From assembly GCA_951406725.2 (NCBI GenBank), contig OX597815.1:77190001-77254000 (forward strand): DNA of 64,000 bases, given 5' to 3'. Shown here piece after piece: positions 12,603 through 25,026 of the stretch. This stretch comes from Octopus vulgaris (lineage: Eukaryota). Within the stretch, counting starts at the first letter, position 1, and each line of letters starts with the position of its first letter. The notes under the pieces are model-generated. The model searched no databases, was not told the DNA's origin, and saw only the letters and a list, made by a program, of their open reading frames with translations. Position numbers and translations under genes: made by a program.

Positions 12603-13607
12603 ATGGTGGATGGTGACTGGATGGTGACCACTTTAATAGCTAAGATTAATAATAACAACATTAAACTAGCCAGGAAAAATAGAAATAAAAATAATAATAT
12701 CAGCATGAATACCAATAGCAATTATAATATTACTACCAACAATAAAAACAGCAATAGTAACTATCAAAACATGGGTGAAATTAGTTACCACAGAATGACT
12801 AATAACATTAACATTAATAGTAATAATAACAATACTGATATTAATAGAAGTAATAATGTTAATAATAGAAATAATAGAAATAAGGCTAATGGAGAAAATA
12901 AGGAGAATGAAAATATCAGTGATATCTATAGCAACAATATGCAGTCGGATAAAAAGACTAACAATAATAGTAACATTACCAATAATATAAGAAATCATGG
13001 TAGGACTTTAGACCTAAAAGATGAAACAGAAGGATCAATAAATAATAGCAATACTTTAGATATCAGCACCAACTATAGAAATATTAATAACAATAAGGAC
13101 AATTATACTCATGATAATCAAAATAATAGGAACCTAAGACATCTACCCAAGAATAATCCAAAACCTGAAGTTGTTCCTCCTGTGTGTAAGTGTAGAATAA
13201 AATCAAAATGCCCGGCACCTGGTCTATGCGGGGAAAATAATGTAATCTATAAATGTACCATATCCACGGAGAATAACAAATATTTTTACATTGGATGTAC
13301 AATTAATTTTCTAGCCAGAGTTAGAAATCACATCTCGTCTTTTAAATTACGTCATAAAGCTGGTACCACCACACTTTCAAACAAAATCTGGGAACTCAAA
13401 AATAATAATAATAATTACAACCTTAATTGGGAAATAGTTAGGAGAGCAATTCCGTATAAAAATAGCAGGGTTGGTTGCCAACTATGCTCCATGGAGACGT
13501 ATGAAATTCTAAAGCATAGAAAACATAGAAACTTATTGAATAACCATATCGAACTAGGTCAAGTTTGTGTCCACGCTAAATTGAAGACTTTAAAATATTT
13601 TAAATGA
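12603..13607 (+). CDS. PLE GIY-YIG endonuclease ORF with Asn-rich N-terminus and no RT
   Basis: CKC..CP..GLC...NVIYKC...YIG.T..F..R..NH..SF...TLS..IW.LK...CQLC..E. Confidence 0.8.
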   Translation: MVDGDWMVTTLIAKINNNNIKLARKNRNKNNNISMNTNSNYNITTNNKNSNSNYQNMGEISYHRMTNNININSNNNNTDINRSNNVNNRNNRNKANGENKENENISDIYSNNMQSDKKTNNNSNITNNIRNHGRTLDLKDETEGSINNSNTLDISTNYRNINNNKDNYTHDNQNNRNLRHLPKNNPKPEVVPPVCKCRIKSKCPAPGLCGENNVIYKCTISTENNKYFYIGCTINFLARVRNHISSFKLRHKAGTTTLSNKIWELKNNNNNYNLNWEIVRRAIPYKNSRVGCQLCSMETYEILKHRKHRNLLNNHIELGQVCVHAKLKTLKYFK

Positions 13608-15078
13608 TTAGAATAGTCGTAACTAGATAGATAGATAGATATAACTTGATTTTTACTAGTATAGCACTGCTTTAAGTAGATAACTAAGAGTTCTCACACT
13701 ACAGTTATCTTTTTCCTTATATCTGCATCAGTTTTTTTGAGAACAGGGAAATGAATAGTACTTATACGCTGCTTAATTGAGGCTTTATTTAATTTCAAAC
13801 TCATAATTTTAAATTTTAAAATCTTAATTTTAAATCTTAATTTTAATTTTTAATTTTAATTCTTAACTTAATCTAATTTAAGTAGCATAACTTTAATAAA
13901 ATAAAATGAGTTACTAAAGCCCCATAATTCTATTTCAAAATTAAATAAATAAGGCTACTCCCTCGGTTATAATATGATTATCTTCATTATGATAGACAAT
14001 TCCCTAACACCTTGTAAATGATCTTCTAAGATTTGACCTGTAGTCCGTCAATGTATGAATAATAAAGGCAACTCCTTAAGACAGTAAAATGAATAAAATA
14101 AATAAATAAATTTTAATGACTTTTTGATAAGATTATACTTAGATTTTCCTAATGTATTTTCTTTTGATTTTAGCCTTTGACCACTAAACCCCTAAACCCC
14201 TGACCGTGTTATCTCTTTAGATTCTCTTTAAATTCATAGCTGCTTTCGACAGCAATAAATTAGCTGTTTTACTGGTCAAAGAATAATATTCTCCTCTAGT
14301 TCCTAGATGCCTGTAAATTAAAACCAGACTTGCCGTCTACTAATTCTTCTGTATAACTAGAACCCTCTTTTTTTCTTTTTCTTTTTTTCCCTTCTTTCCC
14401 TATTTCTTTCTCTTTTCTCTTTTTTTCTTCTTCTTATTCTCTTTTACTTTTTTTCTTTTTCCTTTTCTCTTCTCTTCTAGCCCCCCCCCCCTTTGCTCCC
14501 TCCCCCTTATTTTCTCTCTTTCCTTCCCTTTTCTGTTCTTTGCCTCTCCAGAAAGCCCTTCAGCCTTTATAAGTTAAATAGCTACAGTCTCTTGAAAATA
14601 GCAGTAATGTGATTAATGTGGCAAATACCTAATCATATAGCAAGAATTGATACCCACCTCATTGTGTTCAACCATTGATAAATTTATCGCCTGTGAATAT
14701 GAAATTCCTCTTCATTTCTCTGGAAATTTACATCTACACCATTGGAAATTGTGCATCTATACAAAGGATTAATTCACCCTCTCTGTAATGCTAATAAGCA
14801 GGAATTGAAACCCACCTCGTTGTGATTAGCAATGGATAAATTTGTCGTCTGTGAGTATGTAATCCCTCCTCATATCTCTGGAAATTCATATGTACACTAT
14901 GGATTAAGTCACCTTCTCTGTGATGCTATTAAAACTTTTTTAAAATTCTGTGATAAGACTGTACATCATCTTTAAAGAACTTTAATGAACTTTGGAAATC
15001 AGTTTATGTTACTTAATTATCTACATTACTTCATGAGTATAGCCTCAACCACTAGGATGTCTAGAGAACTCACATGTA

Positions 15079-15169
15079 TTTTAGCTGATGAGTACGGGAC
15101 ACGTTTATATGCTGCAATTTTTGCAACTTTTAATAAAGCCTGTCCTTGTATGAAACGATTGTACTAAAA
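15079..15169 (+). ncRNA. Type I hammerhead with canonical CUGAUGA core and extended stem II
   Basis: uuuuag CUGAUGA GUACGGGACA...UGUCCUUGUAU GAAA C-gauu-G UA cuaaaa. Confidence 0.8.
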
Positions 15170-15316
15170 ACCTATCCATTCTTGTTGCTTTTTTCTCGCT
15201 TATAATCACCCCACATTACTGTATTGTTAAAACCGTATGGTTTGTTTTGGTGCATCTAAGTTAGGTACCATATTCAAGTAAATTCATTTAAATTAACTTG
15301 AATCTTTATTGCTTTT

Positions 15317-15378
<62 letters not shown>

Positions 15379-15381
<3 letters not shown>

Positions 15382-15826
15382 GTGTGTGGTAAGTAGCTTG
15401 CTAACTAACCACATGGTTCAGGGTTCAATCACACTGTGTGGCACCTTGGACAAGTGCCTTCTACTATAGCTTCGGGCCGACAAAAGCCTTGTGAGTGGAT
15501 CTGGTAGACAGAAACTGAAAGAAGCCCGTCGCATATGTGTGTGTATGTGTGTGTGTGTGTGTGCGTGCGTGTGTGCGTGTGTATGTATGTATGTATGTAT
15601 GTATGTATGTATGTATGTATGTATATTTGTGTATGTGTGTTTGTCCTCCCAACATAGCTTGACAACCGATGCTGATGTGTTTACGTCCCTATAACTTAGC
15701 GGTTCGGAAAAAGAAACCGATAAAATAAGTACTAGGTTTACAAAGAATAGGTCCTGGGGTCGATCTGCTCGACTAAAGGTGGTGCTCCAGTATGGCTTCA
15801 GTCAAATGACTGAAACAAGTAAAAGA
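15379..15826 (+). mobile_element. tRNA-derived SINE with internal microsatellite (B copy ~52774-53215)
   Basis: gtgtggtaag A box and ggttcaatc B box; the body recurs on the minus strand at ~18270-18390, 23780-23965, 33630-33978 and 61650-61808. Confidence 0.75.
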
Positions 15827-15836
15827 TGTGTATGTA

Positions 15837-15904
<68 letters not shown>

Positions 15905-15908
<4 letters not shown>

Positions 15909-16590
15909 AACAGAAAAGAGGAATTTCGATTATCCCCACGTGGTAAGTTGTAATGTTTATAAGAAATTTAAAAAGGAAAATACGCACACTTACATAGTTT
16001 TAATATAATTTTTAATATATCGACCGGTTTCGCTATCGCTATTCATGATATTATGTTTTACTTATTTGAATATATATGTTTTGTTATGAAGAAATTTTGT
16101 CCATGTTGTGTGTGATGAAATTCACGAGTGAATGACTTCACAAGTAGATAAATAAAGGCAGGTAATTGGTTGTCGATATTGTTGTTATTGTTGTGGCTAA
16201 GGGAGATAACTGTTCAGCTTTCGGTATTGGGTGGGGATTATATATGTGTACAGACAGAGACAAGTTTCAAAAACCTTGTTTAGTAGGGGATTTATGTACA
16301 GTGATGTAATCGTGAATTGAAATATGTAAAAAGATAAAAGTTGGTTATGCGTGCATTTAAGACGTGTTTTGTATTTTTCAATGAAAAAAGTTTCTTTATT
16401 TAAACGTTCTAGTTGAGAGATTGCGTCTTTGCACTGGTAGAAAGGGAAGACTGTGAAATTTGGTTCGATGTTACCTGCACATTTTTCTATATGTTCACTG
16501 AGAGGAATTTGTCTGTATTGCGGGAAAGTGATTTGCTCTTTATGCAGAGTGATTCTCTTTCTCAAGGTCATACTTGTTTGTCCACTATAG
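15905..16590 (-). mobile_element. PLE 3' fragment: GIY-YIG C-terminus plus hammerhead (B copy ~53310-53995)
   Basis: ORF 16197-16571 preceded by GQTSM; R..LH...H...RLNKE..I; ends in (TA)n. Confidence 0.75.
16017..16051 (-). ncRNA. Minimal type I hammerhead, A3-U8 variant
   Basis: Minus strand: auauc AUGAAUA GC-gaua-GC GAAA CCGG UC gauau. Confidence 0.75.
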
Positions 16591-16604
16591 TGGTGTCCGC
16601 AACC

Positions 16605-17480
16605 CGAGCAGGAGAGAAAAAATGCGTGTAGTAGCTACCGATCTATCATGGCGACTGCCAGACAGAAGGGTCACACAGAAGAGCGAAGAAGTAGGGGAGA
16701 TAACAAAGTAAAGAGGACCCCCCAACACGAAGGTGCGTGTGTGTATAAGAGAGTATGTATGTGCATGTGAAAGAGAGCTGGTGATCTTGATGCGTGCGTG
16801 GGTGTATGTGTAGGTGTGAAAATGTGGGGATGGGAATTGGTCAGTGCTGGTGTGTGGGTGGTGTGCTGTGATGTGATGTGTAGTGTGGTATGGTGTAGTG
16901 TGGTGTGGTGTGATGTTGAGTGGTGGGGGAAACGAGAGTGGGGAAAGCACGAGTGGGGTGTGGGTTAGGCTGAATGTTGGGATATGTGGGTCGGTAGAGG
17001 GTGGGGGTAGAGGTGGGGTTTGTGTGTAGGCAGAGGGTGTGGGTAGAGGTGAGGTATGTGGGAGAGGGTGTAAGGGATGGGATGGGGAGGACAGGGAAGG
17101 TGGAGTAGGAATGTGTAGGGGTGGGGTGGGTTTATGAGGGAGAGTTGACGATGAAGGGGGAAGGAGAAGGTGGGTATGTGAGAAGAGAGAGAGAGTAAGA
17201 GAGAAGAAAGAAGAGAGAAAGAGAGTAAGAGAGAAGAGAGAAAGAGAGAATGAAAGAGTAAGAGAGAAGAGAGAAACAGAGTAAGAGAGAAAGAGAGTAA
17301 GCGAGAAGAGAGTAAATGAGAAGAAAGAAAGAGAGTACGGGTGAAGAGAAGTAAGAGTCTGAGCAAGAGAGGAGAGGTGGGTAGGAAGAAGTAGGAGGGA
17401 GGGGGAAAGAGGCAAGGGAAGAGGTTAGAGGAAGAGGGGAGGAGAGTTGAGCACAAATGGAATAAAGGAGCGAAGAGGGA
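16605..17480 (-). mobile_element. Fragment of a Neptune-like PLE 3' UTR (B copy ~54010-54940)
   Basis: The reverse complement resembles 27934-28620 (CT-rich tract, cacacca repeats, cgccatg...gctac...tttttctctcc). Confidence 0.65.
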
Positions 17481-17509
17481 ATATATATATAAATATATAT
17501 ACAGACACT

Positions 17510-18148
17510 CACGAGGGGGTACCCGAAAGTAACCGGAAACGTTCTCTGTGGGAAAAGCTTGTGGTAATTCAGGCTTCCGCCGCTAGAAGCCACTTGATCC
17601 AACCCTCAGACATCAGTCTGCCGACCGGCGTTGTTCGATTGTGTCATGCTGCTATGTGGTGCATCTTTGTTTTACAATGCTTCTCCATGGTTCGTCGATG
17701 AAACGATGGAACAGCGTGCTTCCATGAAATTCTGTTTTCTGCTGGGGAAAACGGCGGACGAAATAGTTGTCATGCTTCAAACAGCTTACAAGACCGCTGC
17801 CGTGCGCAAAGCACAAGTTTGCGAGTAGTTTTCACGCTTTAGCAATGGTCATTTGTCGCTTGAGGACCAACCTCGTTCAGGGCGACCGTCGACCTCTCGA
17901 ATGAACGAAAATGTCATGAAAGTTCATGAACTGTCATGAACTAATCTTGGAGTACCGTCACCGAACAATTGACCTACTTGTTGATATGACTAGTGTACCC
18001 TGGAGTCCATGCCAACGAATTTTGAGCGAGGAATTGTGAATGAAAAGAGTTGCAGCAAAATGCATACCTCACTTGCTCACGGAAGATCAAAGTTGTCACG
18101 GCTGAATGCGCGTCGTGAACTGAAAGAAAAATTGAAAGTTGATCTGGA
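17510..18148 (+). mobile_element. Mariner 5' remnant (B copy ~54970-55608)
   Basis: TIR-like cacgagggggtacccgaaagt; MEQRASMKFCFLLGKTADE... HTH, later RSGRP; stops and frameshifts. Confidence 0.8.
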
Positions 18149-18149
18149 G

Positions 18150-18262
<113 letters not shown>

Positions 18263-18399
18263 GTATATACGACGGGCTTCTTTCAGTTCCCGTCTATGAA
18301 ATCCACTTACAAGGCTATGGTTGGCCCGAAGCTACAATAGAAGACACTTAACCAATGGTGACGCGCAGTATGACTGAACTCGGAACCATCAATTTATCC

Positions 18400-19095
18400 T
18401 CCTCTGGGGATCGAATGCTGAAGCCAGTTTATTACGGTGCCAGTACCTGCTGTTCTAGTATCCAATTCAACCTCCAGCCTTCTATGATTCGTTTATGCAG
18501 CAGCCTCGAAATACTTGGATTACTCCATTTGGTTCAATGATATTCGACTAATTTGCAGGGTGAACTGTGAATACTTTCTTGGCGGGACCACTGTCTCAGT
18601 CTTTGTAACACTTAATCTTATCTCTACCTTGCAACACTCGGCAACGAACTCATTCAGAGCATATGGAGATCACCTCCTAATTAGCCAAGTAGCACCGTAT
18701 CGTCTGCAAATATCAGCCAACCGATCTTACGTTTACCAATTGTAATTACACTTCCACAACGGCTACGTTCATAAAAATTAGGAAAAGGAGAGGTAACAGT
18801 TACTCACTCCTACCGAAGTCTAAGATCTACGTTGAAAGGTTTCGAAAAATCACCACTTACTCGTACACAGACAGCTATGCATTCGTAATAAGAACTTCAC
18901 AACAACCAAAAGTTATCTATTAATCTCAAACACCTGCACACCCCTCCAGAGCATTCCCGCGGCACACAATCATATGCCTTTATATATATCTAAAGACATA
19001 GCTAATGAAGTTCATAAGATAATACTTAATTCCTTTATCATCTCCCTTTCTTATCGCTTTTTCGTTCTGAAACTTACGTACATTGAGATCTATAT
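18400..19095 (-). mobile_element. Decayed LINE RT fragment (B copy ~55850-56550)
   Basis: Minus frame VRVSGDFSKPFNVDLRLR*E resembles the region around the RT GxRQG motif. Confidence 0.45.
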
Positions 19096-19146
19096 TGGGT
19101 TGTAGATCTCGCAATTCCTAAGCGAAATATTATATATATATATATA

Positions 19147-20072
<926 letters not shown>

Positions 20073-20166
20073 TATTACATTAAGGGTTGATACTATAGGT
20101 AGTACTAATTTTTACGCTCGGTGCTTGATAAAATCTTATATAGATTTTATCCTTATATTCAATTGT

Positions 20167-20216
<50 letters not shown>

Positions 20217-20448
20217 AATTGAGATAGGGGTTGTAAATGCAACCCTCCATGGGATAACATATATCCAATATACTGCTAGTGAAGAACCCAACAAAGTTAA
20301 TACATAAATGTTAAGAATTGCGATGCAATTAATTCATCTACTGTATTATATGGGCAAAGGTAAAATATTTTACCACAAATTCATAATACAAAATAAGAAA
20401 ATGGAGAATTGATATTTGATTTGGATGTATTTCTCCGTTTTCTTATTT

Positions 20449-20526
<78 letters not shown>

Positions 20527-21904
20527 TGTATGTATGTATGTATGTATGTATGTATGTATGTATGTGTGTGTGTAATTTAATTGATATATGAGTGTGTGTA
20601 CATGTAGGTATATATACGCGTATATTTCCATATATATATTCTAAATGCATGTATATATGTGTGTGTGCGTGCCTGTGCGGGTGTGCGTGCCTGTGCGGGT
20701 GTGCGTGCCTGTGCGGGTGTGCGTGCCTGTGCGTGTGTGTGTATGTGTGAGTGAGTGAGTGAGTGTGTGTGAATAAAATCAGTAGGTTACAGAAGAACAA
20801 TATCTTTATCATCTCAGATAAAGCTAAAAATATTTACGTGGAAAGACAAATTTTCATCACTTTATATCCATCTGAGTTTCAGTCGTTTACACAAGAACTT
20901 ACTACGTCAGCTTACATGACATCAGCACTTTTGTGCAGAATGTTTTATTGAACTAATATTTTAGCAATATCTTTATTTTAAAGGACTGCAAACTTAAATT
21001 CGCCACCCGCCCACCCTTCCACAGAAATATTAAAACCTCTGCAATTTATCTGGGCATTATTGGCAAAAATATATATCAGGCTCTGTCTTCTCCTCTCCTT
21101 TAGAATAAATAACATTACGTTATAAATTGGTTTAACTCTGCTTTGGAAATGAATGTTACTTTTTTTCGATTCACTATTAGGAACTATTTCCCGGTTTCAA
21201 TGGTGTATGTGTCTTCCAGCTGGACGGGACGCCAGTCCATCGCAGCGTTACTCATTTTTGCCTGCTGAGTGGTCTGGTGCAACATGAAATGAAGTGTTTT
21301 GCTCAACAACACAACGAGTCGCCCGGTTCAGGAATCGAAACCACAATCTAAAGATCATGATGCTGACACCCTAACCACTAAGCCACGTGCCTCCACATTT
21401 AGGAACTATTACTTGTCAATAATCAAATATATTCCTACTGCAGACTCTGCAGACTCAACTTTGTTGAATTCATTAACCCTATCAAACCCCTGGCAGAAGT
21501 TATATTACACGGTAGACAAATCTATCATTTTATGCCCCCACCCCCACCCCAGAACACTGTTATACAGATTTTAAAATGCAAAATACTGAAACCTCCACCA
21601 TGAGCAAGAGGACATGGGTTAGCAAAGTAGTTAGCAAAGTAGTTGAAGCATACGCTTAAAATTCTTTACGCGAGAAATCCCCCTTCATTTCTGGCGTATA
21701 TAGAGGAACGATGGTTCGCTTTTACTTAGATGCTTTAACCCGTAAATAATAAAACGTTTCTGAAGGAATCGTTGCGAATTCTTCAAATATTTAGTCTTTC
21801 TAAAACAGTTGATTCACGTATAAAAGTTTGTTTAATTTCTTTGGTGCCACTTCATACACAGATAAGCATAATGAAAATCCACAATATATATATATATATA
21901 TATA

Positions 21905-22710
21905 TAATTTAGAGAAAAACCTCTATTAAACAATTCAATAATGAAAGATGTTATTCATACCATATAGAAAACATATGCTATAAAAACCTTATTCTAAAAA
22001 TCAATAAAATACAATAAATAGTAAATAGTAGTAAAAATACTACACGCGTTTCGTGGCTATATTTTCAAATAGACAATGATAGTAAAATCAATTCGATTTA
22101 AAATTAAATCTATCTAAAATTAATTCTATTTAAAAAATATACTCACTCATCAGGTCTACAATAATAGATAAAAATAATAATAGAATAAATGTACTTAACT
22201 TAACTTATACTAATTATCAAATAAATATATAAAAATAGTTTATTAACTATAAATAATCGAAAAACATTTAACAATATTTCTTAAAATAAAAACATAACTT
22301 ATCTTATCGAAGGATTTCCGTTAACTAAAAATTTAAATGTAATACGTAAAGCTTAGCGTTTATAAGAAAAATAGCGCATGAAAATATGGCGTAAATAGAA
22401 TTTAAAGAAGAAATAGATAGAAATATGTATTTAAGCTATTAAAATTACAAATGTACTTTAGCTGTGAGAATAAGAAAAAAATTAACTTTAATATTCCATT
22501 TACTGGAAAAATTGTAAAGTCTAAATAGTTTAGATACTAAATACGTAAAATACATAATATAATAAACATAAATTAAGTTAAAATTCTATAATTTAATCTA
22601 TTTGCATTAATTTATTTATTTTATAAGCATCTAATTTTCATCTTATTCTAATTATGTAATATACATTATATAATCTCGTCCTAATTTATACACATTTTAC
22701 TACTACAAAT
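21905..22710 (-). mobile_element. AT-rich PLE-derived non-coding element with hammerhead-like motif at 22039-22155 (B copy ~59703-60510)
   Basis: CUGAUGA, long stem II, GAAA CGCGUG UA; terminus related to 57845-57875. Confidence 0.55.
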
Positions 22711-23675
22711 TATTCACCAGTGAACAACTTTGGGTGGGGCCGAAAGCAGTGAGTTATAATTATTGTGCCCGGAAGAATTTGGTGCAAAGCCTATTGATAG
22801 CGTAAAGAGGGAGAAACGTTGTCGAGGAGGCAGCGTCTTCTGGAAAAACTGAGGTCTGAGAGGAAGAGTTGTCGATAGGAAAAGGAGAAAAGCTCATGAA
22901 GATACGCAGGCTAATCTTTTGGAGTTGTATGAGTTTGTGAAGAGAAAGTGCTGAAACGTCAGGTCAGAATACCTTTTTCAGATGAGGAAGCGTCGAAAGA
23001 AACAAAGAAATTTTAACAAAAATCCATTCGGTTGTACAAAGAATATTTCTGAAGTGGACGTCAAGTACCAGAAGTCATAACCGTTTCGAGCAGTTACACT
23101 TGAGACAGTTCGACCTGGTTGCCCCAAAAAAGTCTAAGCTAAGAGCATTAGACCTTTTTGTAAGAAAGCTAGGGAATGTGTACGGCAACAAAGACAAAAA
23201 ACGGGGAACATGGTAGACAATTACAAATACAAACACAAGAAAATAATAACTGGTGTCTTTCGACTGAAAACGAACCAAATTGAGCTGGCGTGCATGAAGT
23301 GAAAGCCTAAAGGCAGGAACACAGGAGATGGACATAAGAGGTGTTGGCGGTCGGCAGTCAGGCCAAGAAAGAAATATCATGGCTGGCCGAACTTCGGTCA
23401 CGTGGAAGGAAGAGAGAGGGTTAGGGGGAAGCGGGACTGAAGGATTAGAAAAAATCAAAGAGAAAGGTACAAGGGTGATAAATGAGGGGGAAATAGTGTG
23501 TGTTAAAGAGAGGAAAAAGAAATGTGTGAAAGAGAGGGGTAGCGAGAAAAAGAAAAGGGGAAGAAATTGTGAGAGGGACTAAAGAGTACGAGTCGTACAA
23601 AATTTAGATACATACCTACTATAAGGTGAAGATATATATGTGTGTGTGTGTGATGGACTCTCAAGCTCATATATA

Positions 23676-23724
<49 letters not shown>

Positions 23725-23981
23725 GTGGAGCCATTGCAGATTTCCGATATAGCGGATATATAATTGTTAAAAAGGACAAGTCATAAAACTGCGGCCATGC
23801 TGGTGCACCACCTTGGAGTATTTTTGTAGAATGAATCGGCCCCAGTTTGTTTTTTAAGTTTGGTACTTATTCTATCAGTCTCTTTTGGTGAACCGCTAAG
23901 TTACAGGGATGCAAGCACACCAACACCGGTTGTTAAGCGGTGATGGGGAACAAACACAGACACAAAGACACACACACACTC

Positions 23982-24033
<52 letters not shown>

Positions 24034-24271
24034 CCTTATACATACTAATACATACACCAACCCTATACATACACACGTCCAGACCCCTCCTACGCACTAT
24101 TAGCTGGTCCTTCAACCCTATTATCAACCCTATTATCTCCCCTTATTTCGCTCTCGCGTCTCATGTTTGATCTTTGACCTCTGGCCGAAATCAGATCGCC
24201 ATGTTGATTCGTTAGCTACTGCACGCATTTTTTTTCTCTCCTTCTTTCTGTGTTTTTTTCTCTCTGTGTAT

Positions 24272-24307
24272 TTTTCTGTTGAAGAGCGTAGGCTCGAAAC
24301 GTTAAAG
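24272..24307 (+). ncRNA. Minimal hammerhead-like motif with CUGUUGA core in the upstream pLTR
   Basis: uuuu CUGUUGA A GAGC-guag-GCUC GAAA CG UU aaag. Confidence 0.55.
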
Positions 24308-25026
24308 ACTTGTTTTATTTATATTTCCTGAGCGCCATACTAATACAATTGCTCGTTTGTTTTCCACCTGCCTTCGTCTTTTGTCTATTTTCATAAAGCT
24401 TCCCGTTATATATTATGCGCTCACGTGGTCTCACTTTCATCCTATATTCTACCAATACCACTATCAACACTTACCTCTACCTTGGATTTTCTTTACCTCT
24501 TGGATACTTACCATTGGCTGCACCTCTCTTTCGCGGATCAAAGTGACTTTGCATTGATGTGAAATCCTTAAAAAATATACCACGACGTCTACACATTTCT
24601 CACCTTGAACTTTCAACCTTGAACTTGTTCGCATAAACTGTCCCGTTTGTTGTATTTTTATTTTCTCTTATATTACCACTTTTTTTACATTCATTTCATG
24701 CTTTCCACATTTTCCTGCATTTTTGTTCTCCTTTCCGTCTTTCTTCCCTCTCTGGATGTCCATACTCCGTTTCCTCTGCCTGCACCCCCTTTTTTGCCTC
24801 CCCCTCTCTCTGCTTCCCTTCTTTCTTTCCCTTTTCCGTTTGCCCCGTCTTTTCTGCCCCTATCGCTTACTTATCTAGTTTTTTCATACGATTATTATTT
24901 TTTTGTTTTTTTGAACGTTTGTTTTTTCCCCTTTTTTCGCTATCCCTTTTTTTTCTTTTTTTTCATACGATAATTTTTGTTTTTGTTTTTTTTGTTTTTT
25001 CGAACGTTTTTTTCCGCTATCCCATC

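Larger units (their letters stand above)
12595..15320 (+). mobile_element. 5'-truncated Penelope-like element; A-specific, inserted in (TA)n
   Basis: GIY-YIG ORF, long 3' region with a ~150-bp tandem duplication (~14637-14930), then a hammerhead and (TA)n. Confidence 0.75.

Noticed and set aside
15379-15450. tRNA-like A and B boxes
   Set aside because: SINE heads without a cloverleaf; not tRNA genes.
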